The position numbers were made by a program, and so were the translations under genes. The notes below the pieces were generated by a model. It made no database searches and was not told the DNA's origin. It saw only the letters and a program-made list of their open reading frames with translations. A stretch of DNA of 64,000 nt, taken from Phyllosticta citribraziliensis (lineage: Eukaryota). Of this stretch, positions 49,216 through 62,800 are shown piece after piece (position 1 is the first letter of the stretch; every line of letters begins with the position of its first letter). Location: contig NW_027117340.1 in the NCBI RefSeq assembly GCF_038025025.1, positions 2,170,001 to 2,234,000 on the forward strand, in the 5' to 3' direction.

Positions 49216-49705
49216 GGGACGAGATGTTGTAGATGGATATGGAGATGGAGACTTTGAAAGATTAGATTTGGCGTTTCAGAGCTTGGGAATAAGCATTTCG
49301 ATGAATTGATTGATTTTTGGTATTGCAAGCTGAAAGTCCTTGGTGTGTTTTGGTGAGAGTCCAGATGGTGGCGTTCCGCGGCGGCAGATGTCTTCTTGTG
49401 TAGATGATATTGGATGGATGGAAACTGGCCTTTTAGGAATTCGAAATGAGCATCTGAGCAACTGATTAAGTTTGATGCAAGCAGAGATCCAAAGCCGTGA
49501 TGTGTGAGAGGCCATATGGCGGCGTGCCGCCCGCGGGCTTGGCGTGCGTGGTCGGAAGCTCGGACGCTCTATGGGCTTCGTTCCCAACAGCTGCTCGCCG
49601 TGTGCATCACCGCGCCTCTTTCCGCGAGGGAACCCACCGCACCCAGTCGCACTTCACCGACTCGACGCCTCCACCTCTCCACCTCTCGTCTCCTGTTCCT
49701 CCACC

Positions 49706-51355
<1,650 letters not shown>

Positions 51356-52018
51356 GGCGACGTCGTCCCCCATGTCTTCCTTTGTTTGTTTCCTTTCGGA
51401 TTGGTGTTTTGATGATGGCTTGTTTACGACTTTCGCCCTCCCCCCCTTTTCGCTTTCTCCTTGCAAATTAGGATACCCACCGCTCTTGCGCCATGGGTCG
51501 GACGGCGCTCGGGTGCTTTCTTTCTTCTCCTCTTGGGTCGGGACTCGTTGACTGTGTTGGAAAAGGGATCAACGAACACGGCACGGTATGGTAAGGTACG
51601 GTATGGCAAGGCAAGGGAATGAGAGGAAAGGCGTTTCTGGGTACGACCAACTGGGTGGAGAAATTTCAGTTCCCCACCACGGGTAGAAGGTGAACGTGTT
51701 TCTCTTTTTTGGCATTGCAATTTTGATATGCAACACGACGCGGAGAGAGCCATGCATGGCTGGCCGGAATAATGTCTGTTCTATGAGCAACCTTCTGATT
51801 CGTCGTCGAGACAAAGCTACATGTAAGCATTTGAATTCGAATGGTCTTCGCTATCCTGAACCACATCTAGAAGCACCAGCTGCCATGACAACCTGTTCCC
51901 GTCTCCAAACCCCATGTCTGAAAAGGACCAGTCTCAATCTCGCCATGCCAAAGCACAGCCGCTATGATTTCATTACTTCGTCGTCATTGTTACCATTACT
52001 ACAGTGATCACTGTATGA

Positions 52019-54129
52019 TCATCCCCACGTCGCGTCGCTCCCCTTGCCGGGTGCGCCGGCCGTGAGGCTCGGCGGCGTCGTCAGCGTGTAGCTCCAGGCC
52101 TCTTGGCCGTCGACGAACAGGCGGTACGTGAGCATGCTCTGGTCGCTCGTCTTGGGGGACGTGATGTCGATGGCGCCGAACTTGGAGTTGCCGTCGGGGA
52201 TGTATCTGTTCAAGTTACGAAAATTAGCGTGGTGAGGATGAAAGAGGAGAGGGACGATGGACGCACTTCAAGCAGACGTCTTCCTCGTCGGCCTCGTACG
52301 TGCGGACAGGGAGGTAGAACATGCTCAGCGGACTGGTGCTAAACTCGTGCACAGCAGCAGTGGGCGGCCAGCGGCCGCCAGGGGGAGGCGGGAAGGCCGT
52401 GGCGGCGAACTCGTGGCGGTCGCCCGACAGCACGACGACGCCGGAGCGCCCCGTGGCGCCCACGTCCCACATGGCCTCGAGGACGCGGCGGCGCTCGGCC
52501 AGGTAGCCGCCCCACGTGTCGGCGGCGCTGGGGCCGACGCGCCAGTTCTTGGTGAAGGGGATGCTGCTGACGACGACCTTCCAGCGCACGCCGGGCTTGG
52601 GCGGCGGGGCGCGCAGGAAGGCGAGCAGGTCGTCCAGCTGCTGCGCGCCGAGCATCGTCTTGCTCTCGTCCCACGTGTCCTTGAGGTGGTTCAGGTCGCG
52701 GTAGCGCCGCGTGTCGAGCAGGAAAAATTCCGCGGGCCCTTGGACGAAGGAGAAGTATGTGTCGGAGGGCCGCACGGCGGGCGGGTTGACCGAGACTTGG
52801 TAGTGTCGCCATGGCTCGTAGGCGGCGTTGAAGACACCCGTCTCATTGCGGTCCCAATCGTTTTCGATCTCGTGGTCGTCGAGGACGTGGATCCACGGCA
52901 GATTGGACGAGACGGATTGCCACTCGGGCGACGCGTAGACGCGACGGTACTCGCTGCGGTAAGCCTCATTGTTCTCGCCATGTCGAATCGGGACGTCGAT
53001 GTAGATGAAGTCGCCGAGGAAGAGCATGAAATGCGCTTTCAGTTCGTCAATCAGCTTCGCCAGATGCTTGAACCCTGGGACATGGAGAGGGTGGTCGAGC
53101 GGGTTGTAAGGTACCCGCGCCTTGATACAGCTTGAGTGCAGAAAAGTGTACTTTTGCTGCTTGTCCGCCCGCGACGAGATCTTTCCTGGCGGGGGAGCAG
53201 TGACAAAGTATCCCGAGTGGTTGTTCGAGAGAGCATATTGATACCGAGTATCCGGCTTCAGCTGGGAAAGTTCGATGGCTGCCGTAAAGTCCGTCTCGTC
53301 CGTCAACCAGGCAATCTCGGCGGCATGTTTCCACGCCGTGTCCTGTGGATAATGTCCCGAGTCTAATGAGAACGGTGGGTCGGCGAACCGATACGAGATG
53401 AAGACCGGAAGCTTGTGTCCGTCAGGTTCTCTGACCAGAATCTTTGCACTCCTGTCTCCCACATAGCCGACTCTCGCGAAAGAGAGGTCGTGCGAAGGCC
53501 AAAAGACGGGCGCGCGAAACGCCAAATCGAGCATCATGACGACAAGGACAAAGTTGATCCCAAAGGTGATCCAGCTCCAAAATGCAGACGATGGGCTGGG
53601 CAGGCCAGTCAAAAGCGTCTTCAGAACCTGCGGTCCCTTCTCTTCAACGACGACTGTCTCGTCGACATCCACCTTCTCCACGGTTGTCTTTCCATTGCCC
53701 TCGACCGACTCGGTGGGGCTATCATCGTCCTCGCCCAACGCCACCGTCTCCTTTGCGATAATGTCGATTTCATCCGAGACGAGCTTGTACGGGGACGTCG
53801 AGAAGAAGCTATTCAGAAAGGACGGCACGTAAAGGACGACGCAGGTTAAGGCGATGCGCGGAACGGCCTGCAGCGGCGCAAGTTAGCGGGGACAAATACA
53901 GGCAGAGACCGGTCCCTAGCGACTAGTTCAGAGCGACCACTGGACGACAGGTGGTAGAAAGGGAGGGAGACCAACGCTCGAGGGTATCTGTTCGAATGCA
54001 GCAACGTCAGCATGAACCGCGACGCGTCTATTGGGCGCAGTGTGTACGCACCCATCTCAAGAAGACGTAAATGGAGAGTCGAAGGATGATGGACGAGGTG
54101 GCGGCAATGTATTCCGAGACGGAGGCCAT
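52019..54129 (-). CDS. PhoD-family alkaline phosphatase-like membrane protein, multi-exon
   Basis: SSCI, FLGDFIYID, DDHEIENDW, LDTRRYR, DTWGGY, LSGDRHE and EFSTSP. N-terminal TM segments. Confidence 0.9.
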
Positions 54130-54950
54130 GTTGCCTGCTGCTCAGCGCATGTCGATGATGGGAAAGAAGGCGACTCGAGAAGTGCTCACTCACTGTAAGC
54201 TGCTGGAGCTTGCTTGCAGGACGGGAGCACGCACGATGCGAAGAGTGACGCAATTGTCGCAGCCGCGAGTCAGCCCTTCGTGTTATCCTTGCATGCTTAA
54301 ATGCTCCTGGTCCGCTCTTGAAACTCTACACAAACGTCTGCTCCCGCTCCGGTTATTGCGCTGCGGCTGTTTCCATGCCGAATTCCGCGTGGCCAAGTAG
54401 ATGCTTCCCTCAATCATAGTTCCTACACACTCAGTCCAAGTGCAGCTGCAATGCCATTGTGTTAGAGCCCGAAAACTCACCATGCTTATTTTCTCTATCC
54501 ACTGCTGTCCGAAAACCACAATGCCAAAAGCCAAGGAAATCCTTGACCTGATCTTAGAGCAACACATCACCGTGCATCTAGACTACCATAAGACCATTCA
54601 GTCGGATACCTCATATTAACATTTACGCGTCAATCGTCGTCCGCTTATCGCCTCCAGGCACTCGCTCCTCCCTCCACTATCGTGCAAGAAAACTTGAAAC
54701 CAGACGGAAAAGAAACAAATAGAGGTACAGCGCCAGATACCATGCATGCTGCTGTGCATCTTTGCTTTCAGCTCAACGACAAACGCCGAAGATGGTTGCA
54801 AGGCCCGAGCCATTGCAAGTATGAAGTTCTGTCAAGTTGGCGTCTTTTCAACTCCGGATTAGGTTTCAACGCTCCCACCATTATTCTTATTCTCCTCCCC
54901 GCGGCCGCCATCCCCGGCTCCAGATTTTTCTCTCTTTCGCTTTTGATCAA

Positions 54951-57900
54951 TCAAAAGCACTCCCACTCTGCAAAAACGCACCATCTCGCGCTGCGGTCTG
55001 CGAGAACCAGGCCTCTCCACACACCCCTTTCACCTACTTTGATGACCGTCTCCCACACAGTCCCGTCTCCGCCCTCTTTCTCTCCTTCCCGTGCGCCGCC
55101 TACTCCCGCCCCCGTCGAACACGACAGCATATGGTCGCTCTTCCTGACAAGTCGGAGAATCTTACCCGAAGGCGACTGGACCGCAAGCTTGGCGGGCTTC
55201 GAAGAGCCTGATGAGGAAGATCCAATACCAGCAGATGCACCATTGGACGAGTAGGTTTGGGTCTTGGGGTCCGAGCCGGAAGACGAAGCACTGAAGATGG
55301 ACCCGGCGTTGCTGGCAGATGCGGAAACCATGGAAAGTGCAGATGTAGGGCGAGTGAACGGCAAGGGGCTCATGCGACCACTGATTGGGGTAAGGTTGGA
55401 GCCAGCAGATGCCGACGCGTGGTGGCCGTACGCCGTATTGGCGCTGAAGTAGGAGCCCGTGGAGGCCGGGTGCTGACGCACGGTGAAGACGAAGGTGTTG
55501 TTGATGGCGAGACGCGCGCATTGTGGTTGCGCTACGTACAAGTCATGGCGCTGGGCATGTGGAGTTGGATGGAGGGTAAGGAACTCGTAGGGAGGATTCT
55601 CGCCTGTGTGATTCAAGGGCAGCGCAAAAGCGAGCGCGTGCGGGTTCGACTTGATTGAATGCTTTGAAAAGTGTTAGATTGCTCATCCAAGTGGCATGTG
55701 GCACGGATTGATGAGAATATACTCACCCGCAAACCTCTTTTGCCCACGTACACCTTCAGGGTCGCCTGGCCCTCATCACCGGGCAAGAGCGCCTTGACCG
55801 TATATCTCTTTCTTCCACCAATCCACTCAGGTTGGCAAAGAGCCTTCTTGGTGCATGTGTCTCCGTTTTCAAACAAGTCGCCATCGCGGTCCCTCTCTAG
55901 AACCCTAGCTTCGACCTCTGCCAAAGCCTCCACGTCTTCAGGCACAAAAAAATGAATGTGCGCCATCTCCAACTTTTCGAGATTGAGTAGACTGGTGTCG
56001 AAATCCACAATTTCAACTTGATGGTGGAAATAGGCCGGACAGGCGCACGGAAGCGCCATGAGGACTTCGTGCTCGAGCGGGGGAACAATGTGCTGCTGTT
56101 CGGGCAGTAGCGGAACGTGTGTGAAGCAAATCTGGCTTGGCCTGGCAAGGAAAAATCCTCCTTCTGCCTGAGTGCTCGGAGCGCTGCTGTACGCGCTGCG
56201 CTTAGGGTTCTTGGGACTAGCCAACGAGCAGTCCATGATGCGCCATTCACCGTCAACTATGACAGCGTTCCACCAATGATTTGGATGCGCGACCAGGTCA
56301 AAGTCGAGGACCTCTCCTGGCGCTTTCAGGTAACCACGCACAACTTCTGCATGGATTCCAGCAGCCGCACACATTTCAGCCACAAGAGTTGCAACCTCTT
56401 GGGTTGTGCCACGCAAGGTTTGAATCACACGCCGAGTATTGACGCTGCCCTCAAAGTCTTCTTCCCAAGTGATACGCTCAGATACCCAGGTGAAGATAGC
56501 CCTCAACCTTTGCACCTCGCTCCGGTAAGGGCGGCAGACGAATCCTTGAGCGAGGCTGGCTGGAGTGGTCATGACGGGAAGACCTTGGATGAATCGCGTA
56601 TTCTTGTCGACATTGGCCAGATTGCACTGTGTGAAGTCCGTGGGTGATTCGACAGCCAGGCCGTCCAGATTCTCGTCACCCTCCATGGTGTCTTCGAGCA
56701 CCTCAATGGGGTTGATTACAGCAATGTCGTTCATCTGGCATCGTTCAGCCCGCTCAATCCGCTCATTCTTGCTCAGCGAGTTCGATCGATTGACGTCTCT
56801 CCGAACCTGGACCCAATCCGAGGTACCAAGACCCATGTCTCTTGTTGGACTAGGCGCAGCAGTACCGCCTGCAATGGATGTGACTCCGTTTGGCATGACA
56901 CTGGCCCGAGAGACTGGCCTGCTGGGACTGCTTGAAATTGTATGCCGAGCACTCGCAGCGCCTGTCTTTGCCGACTCAACCATTCTCTTAAAAAAGTTGC
57001 TCTTCCTCGGCTTTGGTGAAGACAAGCCTCCGAGGAGGCCTCCTTGTTCTCCAGAATTGTCGACAGGTTGCTGCGTGGCATGGCTCGAGTGGTAGCTGAC
57101 CCCGGTGAATGGTGTTTCCGGTCTGTTGTCCGACAATCCCATTCCGCTGTCCATTCTGGTACGAGAAACGTCTACAACACTCTTCGATCTTTCCCGATCC
57201 TTTTCGCGAATGCTGCCTCCAATACCCCATTTTCTCCTGGCGAAGCTACCTGCGCTCGTCATGCTGACCCCGCCCAAAGAGGTTCCGCTCCATAGTGTGT
57301 GACTCGTGCTGTTTGACGTGTCTGTGCTATTCGTGGCGTTAGAGGATGCATTCGTGACTGTCGTTTTGTTCGTAAAGGTGCGTCCAAGCCCCTGGCGGGC
57401 GATTTCGTACGCCGATTTGCGGTGCTTGAGACTTGGCTTCGACTCCAACCTCAGACCTCCCATGGAACTCCGTGGTCGTGCTTGAAAGAAGGACGTAGAG
57501 CGCTCTGCCCCGTGAGAAGTCTGTGGGCGATTTTCGGTCAAAGTATTCTTGGGGGGAGGGGCCGGTGGAGCATCGTTGGCTGAAGGAAAGAAAAGTTCGT
57601 CTTGAGGCCCTGTGGTCAATGACTGCATACTCTGCAAGTGCTCTTCCATCCGCTGGAGATAATTTCCAACCTGCGGTGGGCTCTCTGGCGTAGGAGCAAA
57701 CGAGTTTGACCGAGCCAAAAATCCTTCTGAGCGCCCATTCGCACGCCCTTCTTCCTCTGTATCGAATCCTATTGAGGTCACAGGCCGGCGCTTATTTTTG
57801 GGCGTTAGAGCTTCTCCAAACTCATTCATTGCAGACCAAGTGTCGCGTGTGCCCTTTTCTTTTGTAGGAGAGGGACTCTCAGCCCTAGATACTCCCATGT

Positions 57901-59271
57901 CTTTGAGAAGGGATTGGACGTCATTCATAGCGTTGGTCAATGGCGAAGGCGTCAGATTTGCACCTGGGCGCGCTCGCGGGTCTTCGCGGGGCTCAGGAGT
58001 TCGGAGGGCGTTTCGATTTGGCTCACGGCTCGTTGGCTCTGGCGACGGGACTCGGCTTGTAGTGAACCTGCTGCGATGCGGAGGAGGCGGAGGAGGTGGC
58101 GGTGACTCTTCACCCACTTGCGTTTCAAACGGCGCTGGAGATCGACCTCGGGATACCGGTCTGAAGGACCCATGTTGAAGATCTGGAACGGGTGAGTATG
58201 CTCGATACTGTTGAGGAGGTCCCGGAGAAAGCGCCGGGGACGGTGCGTAGAATTGATCCGGTGCTGGCGATACGGCACGGGATATGGGCCTGTGTTGCTG
58301 TGGACCTGGAGATATTGCACGGTAGGTACTGGGAGGGGCGGGAGAAATAGCCCGCAAGTCTCGAGGAGGAGCAGGCGATACGGCACGGTATGCAGATGGC
58401 GGAGCAGGAGACACCGCACGGTAGGTAGATGGCGGAGCGGGAGACACCGCACGGTAAGTAGACGGTGGAGCAGGAGACACCGCACGATACATCTGTGGCG
58501 CGGGCGATACAGCGCGGTAGGTCTGCGGCGGCGCAGGGGACACAGCACGAGATCTTGGAGCTGGAGAAATAGCGCGATACTGCGAGGACTCCTGTCGTGG
58601 TGGTAGAGGAGATGTGGCTCGAGACGGTCTCAAGCTTGAGCCTGTGCGCTCTGGCGCAGGCGAAACTCCGCGAATTTTGCTGAGCGTGTCGTTGGAGCCT
58701 CGAGGAGATGGGTTCGGGCTATGTCCAGGCGGAGTGGCATGCTTCATGCTCGAATAAGGCCGGTGCTTCTTCAGGCTATCTGTACGATCAGAGCTCAATG
58801 AGCCTGACCCGCTTTTTTCCAATCTCTCTCTTGCCGCGGCAGCTGGGTTTGGACTTCCTGCATTGTAGTAGGCTGTGAAAGGCTTTCTAAACATGCTCTT
58901 TTGCTTTTGGGGGACCTGCTTTGGGGGTGCCATGCTGTTGCTGCCATTTCTGCTCATGGCGAGAGGCGTGGTGTTGCGACTATTTCCGGGCCAGAGGCTT
59001 TCGTCGAGAACCTCGACGAAATTGGAAGGGAACAAGCCCACGGCATGCTTGTTGCGCTTCAGTCGGCCCATCCACCAGGCGCCATCTCCGGCATTGAGGC
59101 ATTCAATTAGGTCGCCCTCGATGAAGCCCAGGTCGCGCTTGGTCTGTGGCGCAGCTGTCAGCAAGGTGGGCGAATTTTTGTGCAGGCCAACGTTACCTCT
59201 CCTCCCCACGAGTAGGTGGCCTTGCACCAGCATGGGAATTTTGTTGGCAGCGCAGGCGCAGCTGGTGGCAT
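54951..59271 (-). CDS. CYK3: Cytokinesis protein Cyk3 (SH3 plus transglutaminase-like domain)
   Basis: Exon 1 MPPAAPALPTKFPCWCKATYSWGGE spliced (intron 59144-59196) to TKRDLGFIEGD..GLFPSNFV. LRAIFTWVSE and HWWNAV..WRIMDCSLA. Second intron near 55.7 kb. Confidence 0.9.
58262..58580 (-). repeat. Coding minisatellite in CYK3, unit about YRAVSPAPPST
   Basis: About ten imperfect 27-33 bp units encoding RA(V/I)SP(A/G)P. Confidence 0.85.
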
Positions 59272-59850
59272 GGCAGGCGAGCAGCAGAACCGCAAGTTGC
59301 GGCTCTGAGCTCAAGGCGGGTGTGAAGCTGAGAGGCCAGTCGAAGTCGGGTCGGGTCAGGTCAGGTCAGCCAAAAAAAAAGACGCGCAGGGCCATTCGTG
59401 TTTGGCGACGCGATGCAGCAGCGAGGAGCGAGCGAATGGGGACGAGGGCGGAGGCTGGCGGCGGCGGCGGCGGAGGTGATGCGGGATCGATGTTGTACTC
59501 GGCAGCCAGTTCAGCGGCTGGTGGTCGTCTGTTTACGTCCTGCCTGTTTGGGTGGCGCCTGCCTTTCCTAGGCGACGGCCCCAGGATCACCGCCGTAAGG
59601 CGGCGCAAGGGGCTCGACCTCCCAACCCAAACCATCTCATCCTCCACATTGCCGTTGCACAGCACCGCGTCTTGTCCTGTCCCGCGTCCTGCCCTTCTCC
59701 AAAACATCTCGCCGCCCTTGCTGGCCGTTTACTTGTCACCATTGCTTGATGTTTACGCATGCACTTTATGGCCACTCATTGCCCCCTCCAATTCTTCAAT
59801 TGCACTACCTCCGTCATCATTCCGCATCATTCCAGACACCCGGTTGACCA

Positions 59851-62800
59851 CTATTGCGTAGTCGGCTGACTCTGACCCTGTCCCTGACCCTGACCCCGTC
59901 CCCTTGTTGCCGCACCTCTTCCCCTGAAACCACCTCTGCCCCTGCCACGGCCGCGGCCTGCAGGCGCGTCCAGGCTCGCCGGCGGAGCTGCAAAGTTGTA
60001 GTTCTGCGGCGTGAACTGGACGGTGTTCTTAACCAGCCCCTCGTCCACATTGTCAACCACCGTGTAACCGCCTCGGTTCGCCTGCGTTGCACCACCTCCA
60101 CGACCTCCGCGCGGCACAAATCCGTTTCCGCGCGGCGCAAAAGTCCCGTTCGCTCCGCCTCGACCGCGACTCGCATATGGCGCACCGTTCATTGCCTTGG
60201 ATTCGCCTGTCGGCGGGGCGGAGTGGCGGATCGGAAGCGACTGTACCTGTTGCTGGGGAGCCTGCACGCCATTGCCATTAATAGGCGAGGCAAACCCTCC
60301 GCGACCGCGACCACGCGCGCCTCCTCGACCGTTGCCACGCAGAGCACCGGTGAATGAGCCTGGCAGCGGTGCAGGTACCGGGGCCGGCACATACTGTCCC
60401 TGGCCGCCAGCAGCAACAGGCGCACCATACGCAAGAGGCTGGGGAGTCGACTTTGGACGCTTGGCGCTGGCTGCAGTCGACATGGCCACGCACTGTCGCT
60501 CGCTCAGGTTGAGGACTGCAGTGTTCGGAACGGTGGAGCCACGGAAGGGGGTGCACCTATCTCCAAGCGAAGTGCCACTCATGAAAGTAGTGTCAAAGAC
60601 GACGTCCAACAAAGTCGTCCTGGCAGTGCGTGTCATGCCAATGACAGTGCCACGCTGCCCGATGGGGACTCTGCCAGAATCCAACACATAGACAACACGG
60701 TCGCCAAGGGTGAACCTTTGAGAGCCAATCACTTGCTCCGCGTCAGTCGGCTTCAGGAGCGCCTGGCGAGGGACGCCCCTGATCTTTTTGCCCTCTGGAG
60801 GAGGCGAGTTGGCCAGGTTCTCGTCGGCAGCAGCCTCAATTTCCTTGACCGCGTCCGAGTCGAGTTGCTCGGCTTCCAGCGGCACCTTTTGGAATTTCTT
60901 CGATTCGATCGACTTCAACCATGCTCCAATCTCCTTCATCTTTTGCTTGGCAATGTCCTCGGGGTAGAAGTCCGTATCTTCGTACATGTCCCCCTTAGGG
61001 TTCGCCTGGATGACTGCGAAGAACTCCGGAAACTTGACCATGTACTCGCAGATGAGATTCACGGCCTTGGGACTGTACTCCCAACCAGTTTCTCCCTTGC
61101 GAGAATAACCCAAGACCTTCATCTTCTTGGCCTCGAATTTCAGATTCAGGCCTAGATTCAGCCGCAGACCACTCGAGTTGACCGAGAGGGCTGACGTGAT
61201 CTTGCTCAAGGCCAACGGGTTCATCCTCAGTTGCCTGGCAACGGCGTATGATGGCTGGTAGGCTTGCTGAGACTCGACTCTTTTGACGACTTCTTTTCCA
61301 AAGTCTCTCTCCTTGCCCTTCATCGTCAAGACCCAGCATTCAGCCTTGTCGTCATGGTGAGCCAGGACCTCCAAGGGTCGCCCGTAGGCAAAGTCGCCGA
61401 GGAAAAAGGCGCGCGAGCCGATGGGGAATTCCTCTGCGATGGGCACCGCGGCCCTCTCCAAGAAACGTTGGTCAGCGCTGACAACTTGGTCAACGATGGC
61501 CTGGGACGCGTAATCCGTCTCGAGGCCAGAAATCACGCCGTACTCCTTCACCGTCGCGCCATCATGCTCCTTTTTGAGCCCCTTGAGCATGTCGACGTGC
61601 AACACCGATTCGACATCGCCAATGTCAATTCCCAGTTTCTTGTTGTAGAAGCTCTCGATACGGTCTGACTTTTTCTTCCAGTCCGAAATTTCTTTCGGGC
61701 CATGGGGGATAGAAATGACTTGACCGCCCTGCTCCACGTAGTCGAAAAGCTCATCCGAAACCTTCACGACCTTGGCTTCTTGCAGGAAGGGATAACCAAC
61801 GTGAATTGCTTGTCCAAGCTTCTTTTGTGCATCAGAGACCTTGTTGCGTTCTTCAGTGCCCAGGAGAGTGACGACCATACTCTCGTTCCTACTCTCCTGT
61901 TGAAAGACATTGACGCCGTGAAACGCCAGGGCGCCGTGGAAGGGAAGGACCTTGAGACTTGGGAAACCGGCAAGAGCATCAATACCGATTTTGACGCCGT
62001 CGACGAGACCGACATAGTAGTCCAATCCTTCCATGGTAGGCAACTCGAAGATGTTCTCCACACAGTGACAGTGTGCAAGGTCTGGGAAAATTCCGGGTAG
62101 CGAAGATGGGTAAACGAAGTCCAACTCTGGTTGATAAGTGAACTTCAACGACACTCCGAATTCGTTACGTTGGCGTTCATCGTCGGAGAGTTGGGTCTCC
62201 TTCGTTGCCATGGCAGACAGCAAGCGCTTCTCCTCGATAAACGGGATCTTAACCACGGCCTCCCACTCCATCTTCTTGCCGTTCATGTCCAGTTCAAAGT
62301 CGCGCGGATAAAAGTCGATGATCGGAGAATCTTTGTTTGTCATCAAGTCGTGGTAGGCAGTCGGGACAATCGTTTTGCTTCGATCGGGAAGGACACCCAT
62401 CAACTGCTGGTAGGGCCGGAACGGTTGACCCAATTTGAAGTTCAAGTTCGCAGTAAGACCCTTCTTGACATCTGCAGATGCTGTTAGCACTTCCAACACT
62501 GTGTGTGTAGAACACTCGAGCTTACCAGAGATCATGGGAGCGTAATGATAGCCGTAGTACCAGGGCCAAGAAGCCACACCACGGTAGTAATAGTACAGGA
62601 CCCACTGCAATCCCTGCACATAGTTCTCCGCCAGCTTCCTCATTTCTTCCTCGTTGTCAACCCCCCAGCCAAGTTTGGACTGGTAATAGTTGTTCTTCCA
62701 GTCTTGGTACTTTTCTTCGTACTTTTTCTCCATCGCTGCTTGAACGTCACCAGGTGAGAGGTCTTCAACCTTGGCCTTGTCGTAGCGTTTGAAAACGCGG

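Noticed and set aside
51581..51616. Pentamer run (GGTAY/GGCAA); similar runs near 38275 and 59346
   Set aside because: Ordinary degenerate microsatellites in UTR or intergenic DNA.
52257..53135. 292-aa ORF antisense to the PhoD gene, and similar shadow ORFs elsewhere
   Set aside because: Explained by GC-rich codon bias on the true coding strand.
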